Below, in pieces: positions 38,411 through 48,943 of a DNA stretch of 64,000 nucleotides. Each line of letters begins with the position of its first letter. Within the stretch, counting starts at the first letter, position 1. Below the pieces are notes generated by a model. That model made no database searches. It was not told the DNA's origin and was given only the letters and a program-made list of their open reading frames with translations. Source of the DNA: an uncultured delta proteobacterium (GTDB lineage Bacteria > Myxococcota_A > Polyangia > Fen-1088); assembly GCA_963755125.1 (NCBI GenBank), contig CAVWIP010000012.1, positions 64,001-128,000 on the forward strand. Reading direction: 5' to 3'. Position numbers and translations under genes: made by a program.

Positions 38411-39028
38411 ATGGATTGGCTGGTTGCCCAACTAACCTCGCTCCCGCCGTCGGCCGTGTACGATACCCTGGCGGGCATATTGCTGCTTTGCGGCCTGGGG
38501 CTTCCGATCCCGGAGGACGTCTCACTCATCTCGGCCGGCTACCTGGCCCACCTGGGCATCGTGAACCTGCACACGGTCTTCTTGGTGTGTTTCGCGTCGG
38601 TGCTGGGGGGCGATTGCATTGCCTTCATGCTGGGTCGCCTGTTCGGTTCGCGCCTGCTCGACAGCCGGCTGGCCAAACGCTTCTTCAGGCCGCGTAAACA
38701 GATTCGCGTGCGGGCCTATTTCCGCAAGTTCGGCAGCAAGGTCATCTTCATTGCGCGTTTTCTGCCCGGTCTACGCTTCTCGATCTACTTGTCGGCCGGG
38801 ACGCTGCGGGTGCGGCCATCCGTCTTCATCACCTATGATTCACTGGCGGCTCTGGTTTCGGTGCCGGCGCTGGTCTACCTGGCCTGGGCCTTTGGCGAAC
38901 ACATAGACCACGTGGTTAGCTGGGCTCGGCGCTCGGAGTACGGCATCCTGATCCTGGTCCTGCTGGCTATGGTCTGGTTCGCGGTGAAGCTGCTGCGCAA
39001 GCGTCGGCACGAAACAGCGAAAGCCTAG
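38411..39028 (+). CDS. DedA-family membrane protein
   Basis: GLPIPED, LGGD..F.LGR, FIARFLPGLR. Confidence 0.9.
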   Translation: MDWLVAQLTSLPPSAVYDTLAGILLLCGLGLPIPEDVSLISAGYLAHLGIVNLHTVFLVCFASVLGGDCIAFMLGRLFGSRLLDSRLAKRFFRPRKQIRVRAYFRKFGSKVIFIARFLPGLRFSIYLSAGTLRVRPSVFITYDSLAALVSVPALVYLAWAFGEHIDHVVSWARRSEYGILILVLLAMVWFAVKLLRKRRHETAKA

Positions 39029-39029
39029 T

Positions 39030-39803
39030 CTAGGGAAAGCGAACCTGCACGCCGAGCCCGGTGTCGAGTTCCAGGCGGAACCAGCGCGTGAACCCCATGG
39101 TCCATCCAACCTGAAAGAAGAATCCCACGTTCCTGATGGCGTCGTACATGATGCCGTCGGCGTTGCGAAGCGCGAAGTCGCTCTTCGACACCTCGATGTA
39201 GTCGGTATGGTCGTAGATGGCCTGACCGGTGGCATAGAACTTCAACGCCACGCCCTGGTCCAGCCAGTAGCGGACGCCGGGCGCCACAGCGAACTGATGG
39301 CTGCCGTGAGTGGCAGGATCCTCCTGAATGCCAAAGCGCAGGTCGACTATGAGATCGAGACGGGGGTGGACACCGTAGGAGAGTTGCAGGTCGAGGAAGA
39401 AAGGCAGGAGGTGAGTGCACACACGCCGGTTGCCCTGGTTGCCCGAGGAGTCGCCGCACCAAATATTGTCCTGGTACGGAACGATTACGCGGTATCCGGT
39501 GCCGGGCATGATGGATATCCCGCCCTGGCCAAAGTGATTGATCTCAGCCGGCGGCGCCCAAGTCGATGGCTTTTCTGGCGTCGCTGGAGATTCCTCCGCA
39601 GCCTGGGCCTTGCGACGTTTCGCCGGCCGTCCGGCCGCTGCGCCGCCGGACTCGGAGGCCGAGGCGGCCGTGTCATCGGCTTCCGCTCCAGGTTCTGCCT
39701 GGGGCGCCGCTGCCGGCTTCTCGCCGGCCCAGACGTTTTGGGCGACAGTTCCCGCCACAACCATCATACTTACGAAAATGACGACGCGACACGGCGTTTG
39801 CAT
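39030..39803 (-). CDS. Hypothetical exported protein, probable outer-membrane beta-barrel
   Basis: Signal-like N-terminus, Ala/Pro linker, amphipathic strands, C-terminal GVQVRFP. Start uncertain. Confidence 0.6.
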   Translation of the reverse strand: MQTPCRVVIFVSMMVVAGTVAQNVWAGEKPAAAPQAEPGAEADDTAASASESGGAAAGRPAKRRKAQAAEESPATPEKPSTWAPPAEINHFGQGGISIMPGTGYRVIVPYQDNIWCGDSSGNQGNRRVCTHLLPFFLDLQLSYGVHPRLDLIVDLRFGIQEDPATHGSHQFAVAPGVRYWLDQGVALKFYATGQAIYDHTDYIEVSKSDFALRNADGIMYDAIRNVGFFFQVGWTMGFTRWFRLELDTGLGVQVRFP

Positions 39804-39821
39804 GGCAGGCAACAGTATCGG

Positions 39822-40619
39822 ATGACCGCGAACCGTTTGCCAGAGCCACGAGACATCAGCCGCCGGGCCGTGCTGGCCGCGTTGCTGGGCGCGGGGCTGT
39901 GGGCCCGCGCCGGTCTGGCTCGCGCCATCGGCGATTCGTCGCGGATTCGTCTGGCGCGGCTGCACCTGCCCGACCTTCCCGATCCGCGTCCCACCGCCTT
40001 GCGACGCCTGGCCTGGGAACTGGAACGTCGCACCAGCCTGATCGCCGTCCCGGACCCCATCGCGCTGGCCCCAGCCAGCCCGGATCTCTTTCGCTATCCG
40101 CTGGTCTTGCTGTCGGGCGATCGCACATTTTCCCAGCCTTCCGAGGCGGAGGTCGCGCGCTTGCGTCGCTTCCTGACTTTCGGCGGCTGCCTGCTGGTTG
40201 ATTCAGCCGAGGGTCGTGCCGGCGGCGCCTTCGACACCTCGGTGCGCAAGCTCCTGGCGCAGATCCTGCCCGGCGACATGCCGGCCCGTGTGCCCGACGA
40301 GCATGTGCTGTGGAAGTCATTCTACATTCTCCACGGGGTGGCGGGCCGCGTGCTGGCAGCGCCTTACCTGGAGGGCGTGGAACGTGATCGCCGTCTGGCC
40401 GTGATCTACACGCAGAACGATCTGTGCGGCGCCTTGGCGCGCGACGGGTACGGTCGCTGGGAGCACGACGTGGTTCCGGGTGGTGAAGAGCAACGCGAAC
40501 AGGCCTTCCGTTTCGCGGTCAACGTCGTGATGTACGCCCTGTGCCTGGACTACAAGACCGAGCAGGCCCACATCGACTTCATCATGCGCACGCGGCGCGC
40601 GCGGCCGGGGATTCCCTAG
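39822..40619 (+). CDS. DUF4159-domain protein with twin-arginine-like signal
   Basis: SRRAVL; LRRFLTFGGCLLVD, H.LWKSFY, AFRFAVNVVMYAL..DYK. Confidence 0.8.
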   Translation: MTANRLPEPRDISRRAVLAALLGAGLWARAGLARAIGDSSRIRLARLHLPDLPDPRPTALRRLAWELERRTSLIAVPDPIALAPASPDLFRYPLVLLSGDRTFSQPSEAEVARLRRFLTFGGCLLVDSAEGRAGGAFDTSVRKLLAQILPGDMPARVPDEHVLWKSFYILHGVAGRVLAAPYLEGVERDRRLAVIYTQNDLCGALARDGYGRWEHDVVPGGEEQREQAFRFAVNVVMYALCLDYKTEQAHIDFIMRTRRARPGIP

Positions 40620-40641
40620 GCGGTTTCAACCGGTCGAGAAT

Positions 40642-40657
40642 GCTTGCATATGCAAGC
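40642..40657. promoter_or_regulatory. Perfect 16-bp palindrome upstream of the RND operon (putative repressor operator)
   Basis: GCTTGCATATGCAAGC is its own reverse complement and ends 24 bp before the adaptor start codon. Confidence 0.65.
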
Positions 40658-40681
40658 TTTGGGCGCTAGAGCTACCCGGCT

Positions 40682-41890
40682 ATGCAGTTTGGCAGTCCCC
40701 CGGAGACCCGCGCCGTTCTCTCGTCCGTTGTCGCCGCCCTCGCGGTGTCTCTGGCTGCGCCCGCCTGTTCCAAGGGTGAAGCCGGCCCCACGACCCGCGC
40801 CCGTATCGCACCCCAGGTCGTGGTGGCCAAGGTAGCAGCGCGCGATGTTCCAGTTGAAGTCCACGCCCCGGTCGACCTGCGCGCCCTGGAGCAAGTCGAC
40901 GTCGGCTCCAAGGTTCTCGGCTATGTCGATGCCGTCCTGGTCGACCGCGGGGACCGGGTGCGCAGGGGTCAAGTAATCGCCTTGGTGCGGCCCAGTGACC
41001 TGCCCGACCAGCTAGCGGCCGCCCGCAGCGTTTTCGCCCAGACCAAGGCGTCAGCGCTTTTGGCGCGCACCAACCACGAGCGGGCGAGCAAGTTGGCGCC
41101 TTCCGGCGTGGTCAGCCAGCAGGAACTGCAATCCGCCACCGCGGCCCTGGCCTCGGCCGAATCGGCCCAGGCGGCAGCCCAGGCCCAGATCTCCGGTCTG
41201 GCCATCCGCTTGGGCGAGACGCGCATCACCTCGCCCATCGACGGAGCCATCGCCGCCCGCCGGCTCGATCCGGGCGCTCTGGTCGGACCGCCTGGCGGCG
41301 GCGCCATCGTCACCGTGGTCCGAACGGATCGCCTGCGCGTTTTCATCACCTTGAACGAGTACGATGCGGCCGGGGTGGGTCTGGGCAAGGACGCGCACGT
41401 GGAGCTAGATGCGCTGCCGGGCCGCACCTTCCCGGGCAAGGTCGTGCGCCTGGCGCCCTCTTTCGATCCGCTGACGCGTACCCTGGAGGCCGAGGTGCAG
41501 CTTCCCAATCCATTGGGTGAGTTGCGTCCAGGCATGTACGGCCGCGGCTCCATCGTGCTCGAGATACGCCCGCACAGGCCGGTGGTGTCGGTCGACGCGG
41601 TCCAGATTTCTTCGGGCAAGAAGTACGTCTTCGTCCTGCATGACACCAAGGTCGAGCGCCGGACCATTGAAACCGGCGCCGATGTCGACATGGGCGATGC
41701 GCTTGAGATCCGTTCGGGCCTGCAGGCGGGCGAGGAGGTCGTGATCGCGGGCGCGGACGGGCTGTCGGACGGTTCCACGGTGCGCGTGGTTCGCGACATG
41801 AACCCCTACACCGGCGAAAAGAACACCGTGGCGGCCTCGCCCACATCGACCCAGACCAATACCGCCCGTCGCTCCGGCAAGCCCGACTAG
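40682..41890 (+). CDS. RND efflux periplasmic adaptor subunit
   Basis: VDRGDRVRRGQ, ITSPIDG, LRPGMY, GLQAGEEVV. Confidence 0.92.
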   Translation: MQFGSPPETRAVLSSVVAALAVSLAAPACSKGEAGPTTRARIAPQVVVAKVAARDVPVEVHAPVDLRALEQVDVGSKVLGYVDAVLVDRGDRVRRGQVIALVRPSDLPDQLAAARSVFAQTKASALLARTNHERASKLAPSGVVSQQELQSATAALASAESAQAAAQAQISGLAIRLGETRITSPIDGAIAARRLDPGALVGPPGGGAIVTVVRTDRLRVFITLNEYDAAGVGLGKDAHVELDALPGRTFPGKVVRLAPSFDPLTRTLEAEVQLPNPLGELRPGMYGRGSIVLEIRPHRPVVSVDAVQISSGKKYVFVLHDTKVERRTIETGADVDMGDALEIRSGLQAGEEVVIAGADGLSDGSTVRVVRDMNPYTGEKNTVAASPTSTQTNTARRSGKPD

Positions 41891-41935
41891 GCGAGCTCGG
41901 ATCGGGATTCCTCGACCCTTCGGCAACAGCACACC

Positions 41936-44900
41936 ATGTGGCTCACCCGTCTCGCTCTTCGCAATCCGGTTCTCATCCTGATGCTCTCGCTCATGCTCAT
42001 CGTGCTGGGCGTGGTGTCGCTGAGCCGGCTTTCCGTGGACCTCTTCCCCGACATCACCATCCCGGTCATCCGCATCGCCACGTTCTATACGGGCGCGGGG
42101 CCGCAAGACATCGAGAAGTCGATCACCCAGCCCGTCGAGCGCGCGGTCAGCGCCTCGCCCGGCGTGGACAAGGTGGAAAGCTCGTCCAAACAGGGCGTGT
42201 CGCTTATCAGCGTGTGGTTCGCCTATGGGACCAACCTCGACAACGCCCAGTTCGAGGTGTCGCAGCGTATCGCGCAGATCCTCAACACCCTGCCGCCCGG
42301 CATCCAGCAGCCCTTCGTCATCAAGTTCGACATCACCAGCATCCCGGTGGTGTCGGTCACCGTCGCCAGCGACCTGCTCGACGAAAAACAACTCTACGAC
42401 CTGGCCTACAACACCATTGAACCGCAATTGGAACGAATCCCCGGCGTGGCTAGTGCGACCGTCGGTGGGGGCAAGATTCGCGAGATCGAAGTCATGGCTG
42501 ACAGCGATGCCCTGCGAGCGCGCGGCCTGGATATCATGGCTCTGACCAATGCCGTGCGCGGGTCCAATTTCTTGCTGCCGTCGGGCAGCCTGCGCGCCGG
42601 CGATCGCGACTACAACGTCTTTACCAACACGCAAGTCCCAGACGTGCGACCCTTGCGCGACGTGGTGGTGCGGGCCACACCGTCGCCGGCCGGGCAGGGG
42701 CCAGGACTGGTCAGGGTTTCGGACGTGGCCCAGGTGGAGGATCTGACCGCAGACCAGACCGAGATCGTGCGCGTGAACGGAAAGCGTGGCGTGTTTCTGC
42801 GCGTACTCAAGCAACCGGGGGCCAACACCATTGCCGTGGTGGACGCGATCCGCGACGCCATCACAAAGCTGCGTGGCGTGCCCAGCAACGTGAAGATCGA
42901 AATCGGCTTCGATCAGTCTCTCTACATCCGGTCAGCCGTGGCGGCGCTGCAGCACGAGGCAGTGCAGGGGGGTGTGCTGGCCATTCTGGTCATCCTGTTC
43001 TTCCTCGTAAATTTTCGCGCCACCGGGATCATCGGGGTGGCCATTCCGCTCTCCATCGTGTCGACCTTCGTGTTGCTCTACTTCACCAACCAGACACTCA
43101 ACGTCTTCACCCTGGGCGGCCTAGCGCTCGGTGTGGGACGGCTGGTGGACGATTCGATCGTGGAACTGGAAAACATCCACCGCCACCTTGCCATGGGCCA
43201 GAACCGACGCAACGCCGTGCTGTTGGCGGCACAGGAAGTGGCCATGCCCATCCTGGTGTCGACCATCACCACCATCGTGGTGTTCTTCCCGGTGCTGTTC
43301 ATGGTCGGGATCGGGCGCTACCTGTTCATGCCGCTGGCCTTGACCATCGCCTTCGCCCTGCTCATGAGTTTCTGGGTGTCGCGGACCGTGACACCCCTGC
43401 TCTGCTTCTATTGGCTGAAGGAAGGCGGCCACGACGAGAAGGGCTTTGCCGCCAGAATGACGGGCTGGTTCGACCGGGTCGACGCGGCCTACGGCCGCTC
43501 GCTGGAGTGGGTGCTGCGCCATCGCTTGCTGACTGTGGCGGGAATCCTGCTGTTCTTCCTCGGCAGCATGTTCGTCAAGCGCGGTATCGGCAGCGAGTTC
43601 TTCCCAGACAGCGACGAGTCGCAATTCAGCATCACCTACAAGACGCCCATCGGAACCCGGGTCGAGCGCACCGAGCAGGCGACAGCGCGGCTGGAAGATA
43701 TCGTGCAAAAGGAGCTGGCCCCCATCGGCAGCGGGGCGGCGGCCCAGCGCGTCTACACCACTCTCCTGTCGGACACTGGACTGCCCCTGGGCCGCACCGC
43801 CATCTTCAGCCAGAACACGGGCACCCATTCAGGCAGTCTTTCGGTGAATCTGGTGACCAGAGCCGACCGTCCGGTTTCTGACGTGTGGGCGGCCGAAAAG
43901 GTGCGCGCCGCGGTGCGTGACACCATGCCCGGAACCCAGCTCTACTTCTTCATCGGCGGCATCGTGAAGCGCATCCAGAACTTCGGGGCCACCGCGCCCA
44001 TCGATGTCGAGGTCTTGGGCTACGACCTCGACGATGGCTCGCGCTATGGGACCAGCCTGCTGACCAAGATGCGCGCGCTGACGGACGCGCAGGGCCGGCC
44101 GTTGCTGACCGACGTCCAGTCGTCGCGCGAGGAGAACGCCCCGGAGTTGGACGTGGTCGTGGACCGCCAGAAGGCGGGCATGCTTGGCGTTTCCGAGCAG
44201 GACGTGGCGCAGACCATCCTGATCGGCCTGCTTGGCAACACGCAGATCACTCCCGTGCCGTTCACCGATCCCAAAACCGGAAACGAGTACTACGTCAACG
44301 TGCGCATGGCGGATGCCCACCGCGAGCACGTCTCGGACCTGGGCGACATGTTCATACGCACGCCCAGCGGCGGGATCGTGACCGTGGACAGCCTGGCGCG
44401 CATCGAGCGCAACAGCGGTCCGGTCATGATCGACCGCAAGTACTTGCAGCGCATCGTGCACGTGACGGCCAACGTGGCGCCAACCTCGGACCTCGGCGCA
44501 GCCAGCGAAGCGGTCCAGCACGTGGTCGATAACACGCCGCCCCCCGAGGGCTTTGCCGCCAGCCTGGGCGGGCAAACCCTGGAACAGCAAAAGGCGTTCC
44601 GCGGGCTGATCTTCGCCGCCATCATGGCGCTGGCCCTGGTGTACATGGTGCTGGCCAGCCAGTTCAAGTCGCTCATCGACCCGCTGGTCATCATGTTCAG
44701 CGTGCCGCTCGGCGTGTCGGGCGTGTTCATCATGCTGTACCTGACCGGCACCAAGCTGAGCGTGAACAGCTTCATGGGCATCATCATGATGGTGGGCATC
44801 GTGGTGTCGAACGGGGTTCTTCTGGTCGACTTCGCCAACGTGCTCCGTCAGCGGGGCAAGTCGCTGCATGAGGCCACCGTGCAGGCAGGCCGCACCCGGC

Positions 44901-45157
44901 TGCGGCCCATCATGATGACCACCATCGCCACCATCACCGCTCTCATCCCCATGGCGCTCGGCCTCGGCGAGGGTAGCGAAACCAATCTGCCGCTGGCCCG
45001 CGCCGTCATCGGTGGCCTGATGGTGTCTACCTTCTTCACCCTCTTCTTGGTGCCCTCGCTGTACACCGTGCTCGATCGCTTCGCCAAGCGGGTCTCGCCC
45101 CACGACGAGGATCTCGGCAGCGGCCCGCAGACCGCAGAGGATCCAGCCCATGCGTAA
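41936..45157 (+). CDS. RND efflux permease (AcrB/AcrD/AcrF family)
   Basis: 1073 aa; GRLVDDSIVELENI, GIVVSNGVLLVD, RLRPIMMTT. Confidence 0.95.
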   Translation: MWLTRLALRNPVLILMLSLMLIVLGVVSLSRLSVDLFPDITIPVIRIATFYTGAGPQDIEKSITQPVERAVSASPGVDKVESSSKQGVSLISVWFAYGTNLDNAQFEVSQRIAQILNTLPPGIQQPFVIKFDITSIPVVSVTVASDLLDEKQLYDLAYNTIEPQLERIPGVASATVGGGKIREIEVMADSDALRARGLDIMALTNAVRGSNFLLPSGSLRAGDRDYNVFTNTQVPDVRPLRDVVVRATPSPAGQGPGLVRVSDVAQVEDLTADQTEIVRVNGKRGVFLRVLKQPGANTIAVVDAIRDAITKLRGVPSNVKIEIGFDQSLYIRSAVAALQHEAVQGGVLAILVILFFLVNFRATGIIGVAIPLSIVSTFVLLYFTNQTLNVFTLGGLALGVGRLVDDSIVELENIHRHLAMGQNRRNAVLLAAQEVAMPILVSTITTIVVFFPVLFMVGIGRYLFMPLALTIAFALLMSFWVSRTVTPLLCFYWLKEGGHDEKGFAARMTGWFDRVDAAYGRSLEWVLRHRLLTVAGILLFFLGSMFVKRGIGSEFFPDSDESQFSITYKTPIGTRVERTEQATARLEDIVQKELAPIGSGAAAQRVYTTLLSDTGLPLGRTAIFSQNTGTHSGSLSVNLVTRADRPVSDVWAAEKVRAAVRDTMPGTQLYFFIGGIVKRIQNFGATAPIDVEVLGYDLDDGSRYGTSLLTKMRALTDAQGRPLLTDVQSSREENAPELDVVVDRQKAGMLGVSEQDVAQTILIGLLGNTQITPVPFTDPKTGNEYYVNVRMADAHREHVSDLGDMFIRTPSGGIVTVDSLARIERNSGPVMIDRKYLQRIVHVTANVAPTSDLGAASEAVQHVVDNTPPPEGFAASLGGQTLEQQKAFRGLIFAAIMALALVYMVLASQFKSLIDPLVIMFSVPLGVSGVFIMLYLTGTKLSVNSFMGIIMMVGIVVSNGVLLVDFANVLRQRGKSLHEATVQAGRTRLRPIMMTTIATITALIPMALGLGEGSETNLPLARAVIGGLMVSTFFTLFLVPSLYTVLDRFAKRVSPHDEDLGSGPQTAEDPAHA

Positions 45158-46529
45158 CGACCGATGGCTGCAACTCGCTGTCTGGGCGACGTTGCTTGCT
45201 GCTGCGCACACAGCTCGCGCTCAGGAAGACAGCGAGCCCCCGCCGGTGCCCAAACTGCAAGACGCCGCGTCCGACACCGGCCGAGCCTACGAGAAGATCA
45301 CGATGACCGAGGCGGTGCGACGGGCGCTGGCGCGCAACGTGACCACGCTGGTGGCCGTGGCCGAGATCGATCGCGCCCAGGCTTTGCTCGGCGAGGCGCG
45401 CGCCCCGTCCATGCCAAGCCTGATTGGGAGCGCGGCGTACACGCGGCTCGACGGCGATCGCGTTCTGCAATCCGCGACCTACGATTTCACGAAGCCGTAT
45501 CCCCCCCCTGTCATTCCGGGCCCGACCAAGCTCCTCGCCGCGAAGAACCAGGAATCGGCGAACCTCACCCTGAACGTGCCGCTCGTCTCGCCGTCCACCT
45601 GGGTGAAATGGTCGCAGGCCAGGACCAACCTGATGTCCACCCGGGCCGGCAACCAGGACGCGCGCCGAACCGTGGCGCTCTTGGCGGCGCGCGCCTACCT
45701 CGCGGTCATCGCACAGAAGCGCCAGCTCGACATCAACGCGCGCGCGCTGGCCACGGACCGCGCCCACTACGACTACGCGCACACCCGCCTGGTGGGCGGC
45801 GTCGGCAACAGGGTGGACGACGTGCGGGCCGCGCAGCAGGTGGCCTCCGACGAGGCAGTGCTGTCCGCCAGCTACACGGCGCTGGCGCGCGCGCGCGAGG
45901 CGCTGGGCATGCTGCTGGGCGAGGACCGCCCCATCGATGTGTTCGACGATCTCGATTTCCCGAAGATCCACGCCGATCCCGCGGAAGCGGTGGCCGCGCG
46001 CGCGGACGTGGTCGCGGCCAAGACGCGGGTGCAACTGGCCGAACAGACCAAGAACCAGGGCTGGGCCGACTACACGCCCACGCTCCTGGGTCAGTTCATG
46101 CCCTTCTATCAGCACCCGCCAAGCCTCACGGTGCCCGAGACCGGGTGGCAGGCCATGCTGGTGCTGACGGTGCCGTTCTTCGAGGGCGGCATCCGCTGGG
46201 GTCAGAACAGGGAGCGAGCCGCGCTCCTCGACGAAGCGCGCAGCCAGTACGACGCCCTGCTGCGCCAGACCCGCTCCGACATCCGCATCGCGGTCGAGGA
46301 GGTCAGCCGCGCGGACGAGGCCATGCAGTCCGCGTCCAGCGCCGCCCGGCTGGCGCGCGAGGCGCTGGACCTGGCCAACCGGGCCTACCGGGCAGGCGCC
46401 ACCTCCAACCTGGAGGTCATCGACGCCGAACGCCGCGCGCGCGACGCGGACTCGGCGGCGGTGATCGCCGAGGACACCGTTCGCCAGGCGCGCCTCGATC
46501 TGCTGGCCGCTGCCGGCCAGTTTCCGTAG
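45150..46529 (+). CDS. TolC-family outer-membrane efflux protein
   Basis: Signal peptide, OEP helical repeats, YRAGATSNLEVIDA; overlaps the permease stop. Confidence 0.9.
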   Translation: MRNDRWLQLAVWATLLAAAHTARAQEDSEPPPVPKLQDAASDTGRAYEKITMTEAVRRALARNVTTLVAVAEIDRAQALLGEARAPSMPSLIGSAAYTRLDGDRVLQSATYDFTKPYPPPVIPGPTKLLAAKNQESANLTLNVPLVSPSTWVKWSQARTNLMSTRAGNQDARRTVALLAARAYLAVIAQKRQLDINARALATDRAHYDYAHTRLVGGVGNRVDDVRAAQQVASDEAVLSASYTALARAREALGMLLGEDRPIDVFDDLDFPKIHADPAEAVAARADVVAAKTRVQLAEQTKNQGWADYTPTLLGQFMPFYQHPPSLTVPETGWQAMLVLTVPFFEGGIRWGQNRERAALLDEARSQYDALLRQTRSDIRIAVEEVSRADEAMQSASSAARLAREALDLANRAYRAGATSNLEVIDAERRARDADSAAVIAEDTVRQARLDLLAAAGQFP

Positions 46530-46538
46530 TCGGGCGCG

Positions 46539-48932
46539 CTAATTCCCGCCCGGGCCGGCGTCGCGGTATGGGGTGCCAGTCTGATAAAGCGCGATCTGCG
46601 CATGCAGTCGGTTGGCCAGCGCGCTCCGGTGCTGGGCAGTGGCCAACTGCAACGCGCGCTGGGCCGCGCCCAGAGCTTCGGGAAATCGCCCGGCTTCGGC
46701 ATAGGCGGCGGCCAGCGTGGCAATGAACGTCGGATTGCCACCGCCGGAAAGCCGCTGCGCCTGCTCGGCCAACTCGACGGCCCGAGTGCCGTTGCGAACC
46801 GAGGCTTCCGGGCTGGTCGCCAGGACCCAGGCCAGACTGCTGGCGGCGGCCGCAAAGTCGCGACGGATCTGCAGCGCCCTCTGGTAGTGAGTGATGGCTT
46901 CGCGTACCTGCCCAGCCTGCTGGAAAAGATTGGCGAGGTTGTAGTGGGCCATGGCGTAGTCGGGCTGAATTTCCAGCGCCTTCTGGTAATGAGCGACAGC
47001 CTCCCGCACCTGTCCTTTTTGCCGGAGAACATTGGCAAGGTTGTTGTGGGTCTCGGCGTGGTCGGGCTGAATTTCCAGCGCCCTTTGCAAGTGAACCATC
47101 GCCTCATCCACCTGCCCCTTTTGGTTGAGAGCCCTGGCAAGGTTGCTGTGGGCCTCGGCGTAGTCCGGCTGGATTTCTAGTGCCCTTTGTAAGTGAACCA
47201 TCGCCTCATCTACCTGCCCCTTTTCCAGAAGACTGACGCCGAGGCTGTTGTGGGCATCGGCATATTCGGGCTGGATGTCCAGCGCCTTCTGGAAATGGGC
47301 TATCGCCGCATCCACCTCGCCCTTTTGACGAAGAGCCTCGCCCAGGTTGTAGTGGGCCATGACATAGTTGGGCTGGATCTCCAGCGCCCGCTGGAACTCG
47401 GCTATTGCCTCATCCACCCGACCCTGCTGGCGAAGAACCCCGCCCAGGTTGTAGTGCGCCGTCGCATAGCTGGGCCGGATTTCCACGGTCTTCCTGAAAT
47501 GGGCCAGCGCCGCATCCGGTTTGCCCTGTTCGAGAAAGAAATTGCCGAGGTTGTTGTGAGCTGCCCAGGAATTTGAATCCGCGGCGAGCGCTGTGCCCCA
47601 AAACGTTCCGGGGTCCGCATAGATCCCGCACTGCCTCCAGGTCAATCCACCCAGCACCGCCAGCAGCGTCGCGGCCAGCGCCACTGTCGGGACCAGACGT
47701 CTTGCCCCAAGAAGGCCGGAACCTGTGGTGATTGCTGTTGCGGCCAGCGAAAGTGGGCCGATTATTGCGAAGTATTGCCAATGGTCGGCCACCAGCGATA
47801 CCAGCATGAAGCCGATGTTGAGAAACCCCAACACCGGCAACAGCATCACCACGAAATAACCCAAGGCCAGAAGCGGGGCCTGGCCCCAGCTTCGACGATA
47901 GCGCGCGCATGCCAGGAATACGCCCACCAGCGAGAGCCCCGGCAGGTACACCCACCACTGTGCCCCGTCGATCTGCCAGCGCGGATAGATGGACCTCAGA
48001 CCGAAGGGTAACGCCGCCTTGTAGAGATAGAACCAAACTGCCCATCCGGCTCCTGCCAGCCGCGCCCAAAAGCTGTCCGTGCGCACGATGTCTGACCCGA
48101 TCGCCCGATGTGACTGGAACCACAATGAAGCCAAACCCACTGCGACGGCGGCGGCCACAAAGGGCATGATGCGCACGATGTCTTCGCGCTCGACTGTGCC
48201 TCGCCGCCACCAGGCCAATCCCAGCAGCACCAGTGGCATGGGCGCCACCACCGTCTTGCTCAGCAAGGCCAGGACAAATGCAACCAGCGCGAGCCAGTAC
48301 CAGCGCCATTGCACGCCGAGCCTTGGGTTGTCAGCATCCGGCGACGAGTCGCGAGGGCCAGGGTCGAAGCGCAGGTACGACAGCAGGCCCAAGAGGTAGA
48401 AAACCATCGCAAGCGTGTTCTTCCGCTCGCTGATCCAGGCAACAGATTCCACGTTGACCGGATGCACGGCAAAGAAAGCCGCCGCCAGCCAGGATCCAGG
48501 AACCTTCAGGCGCGACAGCACCCGCCACAGCACCACCGCACTGAGCCCGTGCAAGAGCACATTGACCACGTGGTAGCCCAGCGGATTGGCGCCCCACAGT
48601 CGCCATTCCATCCACCACAGGGTCGAGGTAAGTGGGTAATAGTCCACCGGCTGGGTGCTGAACCAGAATCGGTACAGACCATCCGCCCGCCGGATCAGGC
48701 GATTGTTGAATACGAAGCTGCCGTCGTCCCAGATGATTCCGGCGTGCCACACCGGCAAATAGGCAATGACCGTCACGCCCACCAGCAACAGCGCAAGCAG
48801 CCAGGGTTGCTTCGCCACTATGCCAAGGAATCCCGCCACACTCTCGGCCGGAGGATGCGACAACCCTCCACCCGTGTCGCAGACGCCGGCTGCTTCGGGC
48901 TCGACGGTCCGGCGATGTCTTGCCCGCCTCAT
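46539..48932 (-). CDS. TMTC-like protein: GT-C membrane domain plus TPR array
   Basis: IWDD after TM1, YHVVNVLLH, FAVHPVNVESVAWISERKN, ALLSK, ADHWQY, then about 7-8 TPRs. Confidence 0.85.
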   Translation of the reverse strand: MRRARHRRTVEPEAAGVCDTGGGLSHPPAESVAGFLGIVAKQPWLLALLLVGVTVIAYLPVWHAGIIWDDGSFVFNNRLIRRADGLYRFWFSTQPVDYYPLTSTLWWMEWRLWGANPLGYHVVNVLLHGLSAVVLWRVLSRLKVPGSWLAAAFFAVHPVNVESVAWISERKNTLAMVFYLLGLLSYLRFDPGPRDSSPDADNPRLGVQWRWYWLALVAFVLALLSKTVVAPMPLVLLGLAWWRRGTVEREDIVRIMPFVAAAVAVGLASLWFQSHRAIGSDIVRTDSFWARLAGAGWAVWFYLYKAALPFGLRSIYPRWQIDGAQWWVYLPGLSLVGVFLACARYRRSWGQAPLLALGYFVVMLLPVLGFLNIGFMLVSLVADHWQYFAIIGPLSLAATAITTGSGLLGARRLVPTVALAATLLAVLGGLTWRQCGIYADPGTFWGTALAADSNSWAAHNNLGNFFLEQGKPDAALAHFRKTVEIRPSYATAHYNLGGVLRQQGRVDEAIAEFQRALEIQPNYVMAHYNLGEALRQKGEVDAAIAHFQKALDIQPEYADAHNSLGVSLLEKGQVDEAMVHLQRALEIQPDYAEAHSNLARALNQKGQVDEAMVHLQRALEIQPDHAETHNNLANVLRQKGQVREAVAHYQKALEIQPDYAMAHYNLANLFQQAGQVREAITHYQRALQIRRDFAAAASSLAWVLATSPEASVRNGTRAVELAEQAQRLSGGGNPTFIATLAAAYAEAGRFPEALGAAQRALQLATAQHRSALANRLHAQIALYQTGTPYRDAGPGGN
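46940..47560 (-). repeat. 102-bp TPR-coding tandem repeats with high DNA similarity
   Basis: aagtgaaccatcgcctcatc..cctgcccctttt recurs 102 bp apart (near 47089 and 47191); ALEIQP[DN]Y is repeated. Confidence 0.8.
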
Positions 48933-48943
48933 CCCGCACTAGC

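Noticed and set aside
39207..39821. N-terminal 205 aa of the 470-aa ORF 39207-40619
   Set aside because: It overlaps the opposite-strand barrel-like gene. The DUF4159 protein plausibly starts at ATG 39822 with a Tat-like signal.
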